Translations under genes and position numbers: made by a program
Shown: in pieces, positions 50,713 to 59,328 of the stretch
How positions within the stretch are numbered: the stretch's first letter is position 1
Layout: each line of letters begins with the position of its first letter
Origin: Burkholderiales bacterium
GTDB taxonomy: Bacteria > Pseudomonadota > Gammaproteobacteria > Burkholderiales > SG8-41
Length of the DNA: 64,000 bases
Reading direction: 5' to 3'
NCBI GenBank assembly: GCA_019749945.1
Contig: JAIEPF010000019.1
Coordinates: 5,747 to 69,746 of the forward strand
Notes under the pieces: model-generated
What the model was told of the DNA's origin: nothing
What the model saw: the letters and a program-made list of their open reading frames with translations, nothing else
The model's database searches: none

Positions 50713-51919
50713 AGCAGTTACCCCCCGCCGCAACCCCCGAAGCCCAGGCCCACTGGAAGTTGTAGCCCCCCAGCCAGCCCGTCACATCGACCACCTCGCC
50801 GATGAAATAAAGCCCCGGCACGCTGCGCGCCTCCAGCGTCTGCTGTGACAGCGCATCGGTGTCCACGCCGCCCAGCGTGACCTCGGCCTTGGCGTAACCC
50901 AGTGTACCCGAGGGCTGGATCGGCCAGCCCTTCAACGTCTGCGCGATGGTGGCGAGCGTTGCGTTCGACAGTTGCGCCAGTGGCTGGGTCCAGCCGTGGA
51001 GTTCGGCAAAGCTGATCGCAAAGCGCCGCGGCAGATGCTCCGCCAGCAGCGCGCCCAGCGCCTGCTGATCCCGGCGATGTTCATTGAGCCACGCGCCCGC
51101 ATCCAGATCGGGCAGCAGATCCATCGCCACCGGCCCGCGTGCACCACCCTGCTGCCAGTACGAAGACACCTGCAATATCGAAGGCCCCGACAGACCGCGA
51201 TGGGTGATCAGTGCCGCCTCGCGAAACGCCGGATAGTCCGCGCCGCGCGGCACTTCGACACAGGACATCACCGCATCGAACGACGAACCGGACAGGGCAC
51301 CGAACTGCGCCAGCCACTCCGGCGGCAGGGCCAGCGGCACCAGCGCGGGTTTGGGCGGTACGATGTTCAAGCCGAATTGTTCGGCAAGACGGTAACCAAA
51401 GGGAGTCGCGCCAATTTTCGGAATCGACAGCCCGCCGGTGGCCACCACCAGCGCATGGCTGCGGTAAGTACCCTGCGTGGTTGCCACTGCAAACCCCGGC
51501 GTATCGCCTGCGATACGCGTCACCTGCGCCACCGTCACCGGCATCGCCCACTGCACACCCGCGGCATCACATTCCGCTTTCAGCATGGCGATGATCTGCT
51601 GCGCGCTGTCATCGCAAAACAGCTGGCCGAGGTTGCGCTCGTGATAGCTGATGTTGTGGCGCTCGACCAGCGCAATAAAATCGCGCGGCGTATACCGCGC
51701 CAGGGCGGAGCGGCAGAAATGCGGATTGCGCGACAGGAAATTGCGCGGCCCGACGTCGCGATTGGTGAAATTGCAGCGACCGCCGCCGGAGATGCGGATT
51801 TTTTCAGCGAGGGTTGTGGCGTGATCGACTAGCAATACGCGCCGCCCGCGCTGCCCGGCCGTGGCGGCGCACATCATGCCGGCGGCGCCGGCACCCAGAA
51901 CGATGACATCAAAATCCAT
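50711..51919 (-). CDS. HI0933/YhiN-family NAD(P)/FAD-dependent oxidoreductase
   Basis: FDVIVLGAGAAGMMCA, ISGGGRCNFTN, GEVVDVTGWLGGYNFQWAW. Confidence 0.85.
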   Translation of the reverse strand: MDFDVIVLGAGAAGMMCAATAGQRGRRVLLVDHATTLAEKIRISGGGRCNFTNRDVGPRNFLSRNPHFCRSALARYTPRDFIALVERHNISYHERNLGQLFCDDSAQQIIAMLKAECDAAGVQWAMPVTVAQVTRIAGDTPGFAVATTQGTYRSHALVVATGGLSIPKIGATPFGYRLAEQFGLNIVPPKPALVPLALPPEWLAQFGALSGSSFDAVMSCVEVPRGADYPAFREAALITHRGLSGPSILQVSSYWQQGGARGPVAMDLLPDLDAGAWLNEHRRDQQALGALLAEHLPRRFAISFAELHGWTQPLAQLSNATLATIAQTLKGWPIQPSGTLGYAKAEVTLGGVDTDALSQQTLEARSVPGLYFIGEVVDVTGWLGGYNFQWAWASGVAAGGNC

Positions 51920-52136
51920 GTGCGGCCTGCGGCTGAGGGGAGCGCATCATACCGCGCCGTGTCGGTCCGGCAAGTTTTGCCCGCACCCTGAGCGGGTGGC
52001 TCCATTGATGTGTCAACACGAACAATTGTTGCAATAATTTCAATTTACTCAAGAGTTTGCGGGCCGGATAATGGCATGCAAATCGCGGGCACAGCCTCAT
52101 CACAAAAGCAGCCGCCGCAAACCCGGAGGAGTTTTG

Positions 52137-53102
52137 ATGAACATCACACGCACGCTGCGGCCCGCACTGATGGCCGCCCTGCTCATCGTGCCGCCCGCCG
52201 CAACCGCCGCGGCTTACCCGGAGCGCCCGGTGCGCATCGTGGTGCCGGTTTCGGCCGGCGGTGGTGTCGACAGTCTGGCGCGGCTGATCGGCCAGCACTT
52301 CAATGCGGTGTGGGGCCAGCCCTTTATTGTCGACAACCGGCCCGGCGCCGGCGGCAGCCTGGGTGCGGAAATCGCCGCGCGCGCAGCCCCCGACGGCTAC
52401 ACGCTGATGGTGAGCAGCAGCAGTTACATCACCAATGCCGCGATCCGCAGCGTGCGTTATGACCCGATCCGCGATTTCCAGCCGATCACCAAACTCACCA
52501 CCAATCCGTACATCATCGTGGTCACGCCCTCGCTGCCGGTGAAATCCGTCAGTGACCTCATCGCGCTGGCCAAGGCCAAACCCGACACGGTGACCTACGC
52601 CTCGTCGGGCACCGGCGGCATCCTGCACATGGGTGCGGAACTGCTCACCGCCCTCACCCATACCAAAATGACCCATGTGCCGTACAAGGGTGTGGCCGAT
52701 GGTTATCCCGCGGTGATCTCCGGCCAGGTCAACTGGATGCTGGGCAGCCCGATCTCCGCGCAGCCGTTGATCAAAGCCGGCCGCATGCGCGGCATCGCCG
52801 TGACCACCGAGAAACGCTTAAAGGCATTACCTGATCTGCCGACCATCGCCGAAACCGTGCCCGGTTATGAAGTCAGTGCCTGGTTCGGCCTGTTTGCGCC
52901 GGCGAAACTCCCGGCCCCTATCGTCGAGCAGCTGTACAAGGAGGCGGCCAAGGCGGTCACCGAGCCGAAGGTGCTGGCGCGCATGGATGCCGAAGGCACC
53001 GAGATTGTCGCCAACCCGCCGCAGGAATTCACGCAGCAGGCGAAAAACGAATTCGACAAATGGCGCGGACTGGTCAAAAAGACCGGACTGAAACTGGAAT
53101 AA
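52137..53102 (+). CDS. Bug/TctC-family substrate-binding protein
   Basis: GGAGGA RBS. Signal peptide, then AYPERPVRIVVPVSAGGGVD. Confidence 0.9.
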   Translation: MNITRTLRPALMAALLIVPPAATAAAYPERPVRIVVPVSAGGGVDSLARLIGQHFNAVWGQPFIVDNRPGAGGSLGAEIAARAAPDGYTLMVSSSSYITNAAIRSVRYDPIRDFQPITKLTTNPYIIVVTPSLPVKSVSDLIALAKAKPDTVTYASSGTGGILHMGAELLTALTHTKMTHVPYKGVADGYPAVISGQVNWMLGSPISAQPLIKAGRMRGIAVTTEKRLKALPDLPTIAETVPGYEVSAWFGLFAPAKLPAPIVEQLYKEAAKAVTEPKVLARMDAEGTEIVANPPQEFTQQAKNEFDKWRGLVKKTGLKLE

Positions 53103-53107
53103 TCACC

Positions 53108-54070
53108 ATGAACAAAACCATCGCCCTGCTCTGCACACTGCTGCTCGCCGCAACGGCAGTCCACGCGCAGACCTTTCCAAGCAAACCCATCCGCTTCATC
53201 GTGCCGTCCTCTGCCGGCGGCGGCAACGATTACCTGGCGCGCCTCTTTGGCGCCAAGATCACCGAGAACTGGGGCCAGCAGGTGCTGGTGGATCTGCGCC
53301 CGGGTGCGGCCGGCATCCTCGGCTCCGAGATCGTCGCCAAGGCGCCGCCCGACGGCCACACCATCCTGATCGTCGCCACCGGTTACGGGTTGAACCCCAG
53401 CCTCTACGCCAAGCTGCCCTACGACACCATCGAGGATTTCGCGCGCGTGAACCTGCTCGCGTTTTCGCCCAATGTGCTGGTGGTGCATCCTTCGCTGCCG
53501 GTGAAATCGGTCAAGGAACTGATCGCGCTCGCCAAGTCGCGCCCCGGCGAACTCAACTACGCGTCCTCCGGCGCCGGCACCGGCGGCCACCTGTCGATCG
53601 AGCTGATGAAGTACATGGCGAAGATCAACATGGTGCATATCCCGTACAAGGGCGCGGGCGACGCCACCATGGCCGTGGTCAGCGGCCAGGTGCACATGCT
53701 GATGACGGCGCCGGGTGCCGCGATTCCATTCATCAAGGCCGGCCGCCTGCGGCCGCTGGCGGTGGGCTCGGCGAAACGCGTCAAGGCGCTGCCCGAGGTG
53801 CCGACCATGGCCGAGGCTGCGCTGCCGGGCTACGAAGTTGACGGCTTCTACGGCATTCTCGCGCCGGGCAAAACACCGCGCACCATCGTCGACAGGCTGT
53901 ATGCCGAATTCGACCGCATCCTGAAGCTGCCGGATGTGATCCAGCAACTGGAAGCTCAGGGCTTTGAACCGGTCAGTTATACGCCGGAGAAATTCACCGA
54001 ATACGTCAAAAAAGAAATGCAGAAATGGCCGCCGGTGTTCAAGGCGGCGGGGATCAAGGTTAATAATTAA
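53108..54070 (+). CDS. Bug/TctC-family substrate-binding protein (tandem with the previous gene)
   Basis: Signal peptide, then QTFPSKPIRFIVPSSAGGGND. Confidence 0.9.
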   Translation: MNKTIALLCTLLLAATAVHAQTFPSKPIRFIVPSSAGGGNDYLARLFGAKITENWGQQVLVDLRPGAAGILGSEIVAKAPPDGHTILIVATGYGLNPSLYAKLPYDTIEDFARVNLLAFSPNVLVVHPSLPVKSVKELIALAKSRPGELNYASSGAGTGGHLSIELMKYMAKINMVHIPYKGAGDATMAVVSGQVHMLMTAPGAAIPFIKAGRLRPLAVGSAKRVKALPEVPTMAEAALPGYEVDGFYGILAPGKTPRTIVDRLYAEFDRILKLPDVIQQLEAQGFEPVSYTPEKFTEYVKKEMQKWPPVFKAAGIKVNN

Positions 54071-54099
54071 GAGCGCGTAACAAAATCGAGGGTAAGCGT

Positions 54100-54222
54100 A
54101 GTTAACCACCCCCATCCCCGCCTTCCCCCTGAAGGGGAAGGAGTATCCATGGAATTCCCTCCCCTTCAGGGGGACAAGGGCACACTTGGAGCGAAGCAGG
54201 GTTAGGGTGGGGGTGGTATGAG
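54100..54222. repeat. REP-like composite palindrome (outer ccacccccatcccc / ggggtgggggtgg; inner ccttcccc-ctgaa-ggggaagg)
   Basis: Nested inverted repeats read directly from the sequence. Confidence 0.65.
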
Positions 54223-54290
54223 CACAAGTCAATCAACGTCATCAAAAGCAATCGTAATAAACTGGCAGCACATTTTCTGAAGGAGCAGTC

Positions 54291-54836
54291 ATGGCCAAGA
54301 TATTCCTGGTGGTACCGGATGCGCCGGTTGAAGCGGCCGCAGAACTCAAATCCAGTCGCACGCTCGGCAACGCCGGCATCCGCCTCGGCGTGCTCGACAA
54401 CAGCAAGGGCAATGCCGACCATCTGCTGAACCTGATCATCGAAGGCGTCAAAAAAGATTTCAAGGTCGATTCGGTGGTGATGACGCGCAAACCCTTTTCC
54501 AGCAAACCCGCGACGGATGCCATCCTCGACCAGCTGGCGAAGGAGGCAGACCTCGTCGTCAGTGCCATGGCCGATTGAGGGTCGTGCACGTCGTGGAGTG
54601 TCCACGACATGGCGCAGTTGACCAAACGCGGCCTCCTGGCCGCCGTGGTGGTTTCGGATTCATTCATGAAACTGGGCAAGGCGCAGGCCAAGGTGTTCGG
54701 CGTGCCTGATCTGCCTTTGCTCGAGATCAAACATCCGCTGGGCGGGCTCAACATGGACCAGGTGCGTGAACGCGCGGCCGTGGCCATGCCGCAGTTGCTG
54801 AAGTTCATCAATACGGCCAAAGAGAAACAAGCATGA
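54291..54836 (+). CDS. candidate selenoprotein with U-G-S-C motif (in-frame UGA at 54576-54578 read as Sec)
   Basis: ORFs 54291-54578 and 54609-54836 share one frame and are separated only by TGA. AAGGAG RBS. SECIS-like hairpin 11 nt after the UGA. Joined sequence ...VVSAMAD-U-GSCTSWSVHDMAQLTKRG... Confidence 0.7.
54590..54608 (+). promoter_or_regulatory. SECIS-like stem-loop
   Basis: gtcgtgga-gtg-tccacgac, a perfect 8-bp stem starting 11 nt after the UGA. Loop G and U fall at +23/+24 counted from the U of UGA. Confidence 0.6.
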
Positions 54837-55948
54837 GCGCCATCACCACCCTGCTGCAAAAACCCGGTGCACTGATCGAATGCGACGACGACCCGGAAGC
54901 AGTGTTCGACCTGCTCTGCGCCAAAGGCTGGAGCGACGGCTTCCCCGTGATCCCGCCGACACCCGAGCGCGTCGAACGCATGCTGGCTTATTGCGATCGC
55001 GACTTCGACGAACCCGTGATCAAGATCCCGCCGCGTTTTGGCGCGGCCACACCAATCCGCATCGCCGCCAATGCAGTGATGGCCGGCTGCAAACCGGAAT
55101 ATTTTCCGCTGGTGCTGCTGGCGCTGGAGACGCTTGCCGAAGATCAATACAACCTCTACGGCACGCAGGCGACGACACACCCCTGCACACCGCTGCTGAT
55201 TTTCAACGGCCCGGTGGCGCGCGAAGTCGGCATCAATGCCGGCCACAACGTGATGGGCAATTATTTCCGCGCCAATGCCACCATCGGCCGCGCGGTGCGC
55301 CTGGCACTGGTCAACATCGGCGCCGCCATCCCCGGCACCGGCGACATGGCCACGGCGGGCACGCCGGCGAAATGGAGCTTCTGCGTCGCCGAGAACGAAG
55401 CCGCCAGCCCCTGGGAACCGCTGCACGTGGAAATGGGCTACGCCAAAGACACCACCACCGTCACCGTGGTTGCCGCCGAAAGCCCACACAACGTCAACGA
55501 CCACGAAAGCCTGACGCCGGAAGGCATCCTGCGCATGGTCTCGGGCACCATGGCCACGACGGGATCGAACAACGCCTATTACGCGGGACAGCCGGTGCTC
55601 GCCTTCGGCCCCGAACACGCCGCCACGGTCGCAAGCCGCGGCATGACCAAGGCCCAGGTCAAACAATGGCTGTACGACGACGCCGTGATCCCGCTGTCGC
55701 GATTCTCCGAAGAAACCATCGCACGGCGCTTCCGCCGCAGAAACGCCGAACAATACGCCAACGCCCCGCTCGACACACCCGTGCACATGTGGCAGAAACC
55801 CGATGACCTGATCATCATCGTCGCGGGCGGCGCCGGCAAACACTCGCAATACATACCGACCTTCGGCATCACGCGTGCCGCGACCCGGCCGCTGAAACGC
55901 GCGGATGGCGAACTGGTGAAATCAATCGAGGAATTGAAGCGCGGATAG
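54833..55948 (+). CDS. conserved hypothetical protein (371 aa), ATGA-coupled to the UGA-containing gene
   Basis: Start ATG overlaps the upstream TGA stop (gcATGAgc). Clear coding composition. No family recognised. Confidence 0.75.
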   Translation: MSAITTLLQKPGALIECDDDPEAVFDLLCAKGWSDGFPVIPPTPERVERMLAYCDRDFDEPVIKIPPRFGAATPIRIAANAVMAGCKPEYFPLVLLALETLAEDQYNLYGTQATTHPCTPLLIFNGPVAREVGINAGHNVMGNYFRANATIGRAVRLALVNIGAAIPGTGDMATAGTPAKWSFCVAENEAASPWEPLHVEMGYAKDTTTVTVVAAESPHNVNDHESLTPEGILRMVSGTMATTGSNNAYYAGQPVLAFGPEHAATVASRGMTKAQVKQWLYDDAVIPLSRFSEETIARRFRRRNAEQYANAPLDTPVHMWQKPDDLIIIVAGGAGKHSQYIPTFGITRAATRPLKRADGELVKSIEELKRG

Positions 55949-56007
55949 CGCGGAAGGCGCGATCCACTACGTTCCCCCCGTCCTGCAAAAATCTGCACTG
56001 CTACCTC

Positions 56008-56126
56008 GTAGGGCGGGTGATTACCCGCCGGTCCGCCGTTGTCATGCACGACGCAGTCGTGCCCTGCTGATTTCTTGCCAACAAACATCCGGCGGATAAC
56101 GCCGCAAGGCGGCTCATCCGCCCTAC
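56008..56126. repeat. REP-like element bounded by gtagggcgg ... ccgccctac
   Basis: Outer 9-bp inverted repeat plus internal hairpins (gcacgacgcagtcgtgc; ggcggataacgccgcaaggcggctcatccgcc). Confidence 0.6.
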
Positions 56127-56146
56127 GCACTCCACGCATCAACAAT

Positions 56147-56216
56147 AAGGGCGGCGCATCACTGTGATGCACCGCCCTCAGATTATTTATAAGTATTTGA
56201 TTTTATTGTATTTTTA
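56147..56216 (+). repeat. GC hairpin (gggcggcgcatcac-t-gtgatgcaccgccc) followed by AT-rich dispersed element copy E (IHF core at 56190-56202, minus orientation)
   Basis: Same hairpin-plus-AT-rich arrangement as copies A and F. Confidence 0.6.
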
Positions 56217-56246
56217 GACAAATACTCTATACCCGGATCCAGCGAC

Positions 56247-56366
56247 TTACTTCCTGATCGGATCCATCGGCTTGGGCTTGAGAAACCCGCCCGCCACCGG
56301 CACGGCTTTTTTGTCCTTCTTGGGTTTTTTCTGTTCCTTGTTGCTGCGTTGCTGACCTTTGGCCAT
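56247..56366 (-). CDS. small basic protein (39 aa)
   Basis: MAKGQQRSNKEQKKPKKDKKAVPVAGGFLKPKPMDPIRK, preceded by AAGGAGA 6 nt upstream. Not in the ORF track (too short). Confidence 0.5.
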   Translation of the reverse strand: MAKGQQRSNKEQKKPKKDKKAVPVAGGFLKPKPMDPIRK

Positions 56367-56438
56367 GGTGTTCTCCTTGTGGTTACTGCATGTTAAGGCA
56401 ATTCACAAAGCGAAAGGAGGAAAACGCAGAAATGGGTT

Positions 56439-56870
56439 TTACAGCGGTTTGAGTTTTTTCAGCGCAGCGGCCACCGCTTTGCTTGCCGCAAGCAAATCCG
56501 CAAGCAGGCGATCATCAATATTCAAATCGCCCTCGTATTCGCCAAGGTTTCTCACCTCGTGGCATTTAGCCAGTACGCGCCAGACCTCAGCGCCCAAACC
56601 CAAGGTATGCGGTAGTACCTGAAACACGATGTAACGATTGGCAGCACGATAACCATGCCACCGGAGTGCGGCCAGGCACAAGGCATGCGCCGCGTTGTAA
56701 GCGAGATCGAAGCGCCCTTCCAAAGAAAGCCCTGTATTGGCAGCGTCATCCAGACGCGCCAGCCCCGAACGCTGCAAGCCTGAAAATTCCTTCGCATCCG
56801 GCGGCTCCAGCCGCAAGGGTTTGCCCGAACCGCTGAGCAACTCAAGCGGCGAGGCCAACCAATTCTCCAA
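56439..56870 (-). CDS. HEPN-domain protein (putative toxin of a HEPN/MNT pair)
   Basis: Rx4-6H motif RVLAKCH followed by EVRN..EYEG. Overlaps the upstream MNT gene. Confidence 0.6.
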   Translation of the reverse strand: MENWLASPLELLSGSGKPLRLEPPDAKEFSGLQRSGLARLDDAANTGLSLEGRFDLAYNAAHALCLAALRWHGYRAANRYIVFQVLPHTLGLGAEVWRVLAKCHEVRNLGEYEGDLNIDDRLLADLLAASKAVAAALKKLKPL

Positions 56871-57504
56871 TCACCGGCAACCGGGGTTGCGACCACACGC
56901 GCCGGACAAAAGCATTGTCCGCGCGCACCCGCTTGTCGAGCTCCTTGCGGGTATACACCGTCGGATTCACCTTGCGCCCGAGCCGGCCCTCCGCTTCCTG
57001 CAGCGCCGCATACAGATCAGCGTGAGACAAGGCATCACTCACCACCATCAGGTCAATATCACTCGCGGCAGTGTCTTCACCCTTGGCCACTGAGCCATAC
57101 ACAAACGCACTCTCAAAGCGCGCTGCCAATGGCTGCAAGGCCGCACGCAGCACATCCACCAGCCCCGAGGTCTTCAATACCAGCCCGCGCAGTTCGGCAT
57201 AAACCGCCGACGCGGCATTGGCCTGATAGTGTTTCTGGTTGCCCACGCGAGTGGCCGTCACCAAGCCGGACGCCTCGAGTCGTGCAAGCTCGCGCTGCAC
57301 CGCGCCGGTACCCGACTCTGCGAGAACGATGATCTCGTTGGCATAAAAACTCCGCCCCGGATTGCCAAACAGCACGGCGAGCACCCGTTGCTGCACCTTG
57401 GTGAACAAGGCATCGGCCACGCCCACAGCGGCTGGGGCCTTGGTCTTGAGTGTTTTCTTAATTCCCATATTGGGTATGATAAACCCCAATATGGGTATCT
57501 TCAA
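56842..57504 (-). CDS. winged-HTH plus minimal nucleotidyltransferase (MNT) protein
   Basis: ArsR-like wHTH (SFYANEIIVLAESGTGAVQRELARLEASGLV), then GSVAKGEDTAASDIDLMVV. Start uncertain (TTG 57504 or ATG 57468). Confidence 0.7.
   Translation of the reverse strand: MKIPILGFIIPNMGIKKTLKTKAPAAVGVADALFTKVQQRVLAVLFGNPGRSFYANEIIVLAESGTGAVQRELARLEASGLVTATRVGNQKHYQANAASAVYAELRGLVLKTSGLVDVLRAALQPLAARFESAFVYGSVAKGEDTAASDIDLMVVSDALSHADLYAALQEAEGRLGRKVNPTVYTRKELDKRVRADNAFVRRVWSQPRLPVIGELVGLAA
57464..57495. promoter_or_regulatory. inverted repeat CCCATATTGGG-N10-CCCAATATGGG at the 5' end of the wHTH-MNT gene (candidate operator)
   Basis: Perfect 11-bp arms read from the sequence. Confidence 0.45.
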
Positions 57505-57540
57505 GTCGCCTGGCGAACCGGGCGCACATTCTGACTGGTT

Positions 57541-57573
57541 ATAAATTTATAAATTAAATCAATAGCTTATAAA
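57541..57573 (-). repeat. AT-rich dispersed element, copy F (IHF core AATCAATAGCTTA at 57557-57569)
   Basis: ataaatttataaattaaatcaatagcttataaa. Confidence 0.65.
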
Positions 57574-57600
57574 CTTGAGGTCGCAATTGGCGACCTCAAG
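57574..57600 (-). terminator. rho-independent terminator of the Bug gene 57615-58580
   Basis: cttgaggtcgc-aattg-gcgacctcaag, an 11-bp stem. On the minus strand it is followed by TTTATAAG... Confidence 0.7.
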
Positions 57601-57614
57601 TCAGACCCTGCCGT

Positions 57615-58580
57615 TCAATCGACCGTAATCCCGGTCGCCTTCACCAGCTTGGTGAAGCGCTCGACCTCGCTCTTGATGTGCGCGGCGAACTGCTCCGGCG
57701 TGCCGCCCACCGCATCGAAACCCATCTTTTTCAAGGCGCCACTCACATCAGGCAACGCCAGGGCTTTCGCGGATTCGGCATTGACGCGGCTGACGATGGC
57801 CGCAGGTGTACCCGCGGGTGCCAGCAGGCCGAACCACGACGTCACCTCAAAACCCGGATAACCGGCCTCGGTCATCGTCGGCAGTTCGGGCATCAGCGGC
57901 GCGCGTTTCGGCGTCGTGACCGCGAGCACCCGCGCCTTGCCCGATTTGGCGTGCGGCTCGATGCCGACCACGGTAAAGAACATCACCGACACCTCGCCGC
58001 TCAAGAGCCCGGTCAGCGCGGGGGTGGTGCCCTTGTACGGCACATGCACCAGCTTGATGCCCGCCATCATGTTCAGCAGCTCGCCGCTCAGGTGATGGGT
58101 GCTGCCGTTGCCGGCGGAACCGTAGTTGAGATCACCCGGCCGCTTCTTGGCCAACGCGACCAGTTCCTTCACGTTCTTCACCGGCAGCGACGGGTGCGCC
58201 GTCAGCACATAGGGTGTGGAGGCGATCAGGATGATCGGCGAGAAATCCTTGATCGCATCGTAGGGCAGCTTTTTATACACCGCGGGGTTGGAGCCGTGCG
58301 TGGAATTGTTGGCCATGAACAGCGTATAGCCGTCGGCCGGCGAGCGCGCCGCCGCTTCAGTGCCGACCGCACCGCCGGCGCCCGGCCGCGCCTCGATCAC
58401 AAACTGCTGGCCCATCTGCCCAGCGAGCTTGGCAGTCAGCACCCGGCTCACGTTGTCCGTTGCGCTGCCCGGCGCCTGCGCAATCAGGATGCGGATCAGT
58501 TTTGTGGGATAAGTCTGAGCCACAGCGGGTTGCGCCATCAGTGCGGCGATGCAGGTGAACATCGGGAATTGAATACGCAT
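57615..58580 (-). CDS. Bug/TctC-family substrate-binding protein
   Basis: AGGAGGAG RBS. Signal peptide, then QTYPTKLIRILIAQAPGSATD. Confidence 0.9.
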   Translation of the reverse strand: MRIQFPMFTCIAALMAQPAVAQTYPTKLIRILIAQAPGSATDNVSRVLTAKLAGQMGQQFVIEARPGAGGAVGTEAAARSPADGYTLFMANNSTHGSNPAVYKKLPYDAIKDFSPIILIASTPYVLTAHPSLPVKNVKELVALAKKRPGDLNYGSAGNGSTHHLSGELLNMMAGIKLVHVPYKGTTPALTGLLSGEVSVMFFTVVGIEPHAKSGKARVLAVTTPKRAPLMPELPTMTEAGYPGFEVTSWFGLLAPAGTPAAIVSRVNAESAKALALPDVSGALKKMGFDAVGGTPEQFAAHIKSEVERFTKLVKATGITVD

Positions 58581-58614
58581 TGCTCCTCCTTTTTTATAGA
58601 AAATTTGCGCCATG

Positions 58615-59328
58615 TTATCCGGAATCCGCGGCAAGCGCCGCGATTGCCTCAATGCGAGCACGAACGCGACGAACCCGATCCCCGTGAATCTCGTCATAGG
58701 TCACCAGGCCCGGCAGCGTATTGGAAAAATCCGCATGCTGCGCAATCTCGCCGAAACGAGCGGACAGGTAATGCATCAGATCAGCTGCGGCAGCAGCCAC
58801 CTCAGCTTCGATACCGGGGCGACCATCCAGCACATGGATGATGTCCTCGAAATCGTGACTCGATAACAGATCGCCCCGGCCGCGCGTTGCAAACGCTTCG
58901 AGCTTGGTTGCCAGAAAAGCGGGCGCCGGGATCAGGCGGATCAGCCGACCACTGGGCAGCGCGACGCGCAAAGCACCCGCGATGGCATGCGGATACCAGC
59001 GATTCGAAAACCCGAGAATTTTTTCCTCGCTCGGCATCAGGTCAACACACAGATCCCGCAAGCGCCAGCGGCAGATCGGCGCATCCTGCGAAACATCGCG
59101 TGTGAAGCCCCGCTGCTCGAACCGCTTTTCCAGCGCGTAATACTCGGCCAGCGCAGCTACCTCGGCCACCACATCCACATCAAAGGTCACGCGCGGCGGC
59201 GCAGCAGCGAGCGACGTACACAACAGCCCTGCAGCACAGCCACCGACCAGCACCACCTCATCACACAAATCGCCCAGCGCCTGCGCGACCACCTCAACCG
59301 ACTGAACATTGGGATCGAGCGGATTCAA
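58615..59328 (-). CDS. nucleotidyltransferase-fold protein, AbiEii-like (putative type IV TA toxin)
   Basis: LVGGCAAGLL...RVTFDVDVV resembles the GGxAL...RxSxDxD NTase signature. 4-nt overlap with the upstream wHTH gene. Confidence 0.5.
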   Translation of the reverse strand: MNPLDPNVQSVEVVAQALGDLCDEVVLVGGCAAGLLCTSLAAAPPRVTFDVDVVAEVAALAEYYALEKRFEQRGFTRDVSQDAPICRWRLRDLCVDLMPSEEKILGFSNRWYPHAIAGALRVALPSGRLIRLIPAPAFLATKLEAFATRGRGDLLSSHDFEDIIHVLDGRPGIEAEVAAAAADLMHYLSARFGEIAQHADFSNTLPGLVTYDEIHGDRVRRVRARIEAIAALAADSG

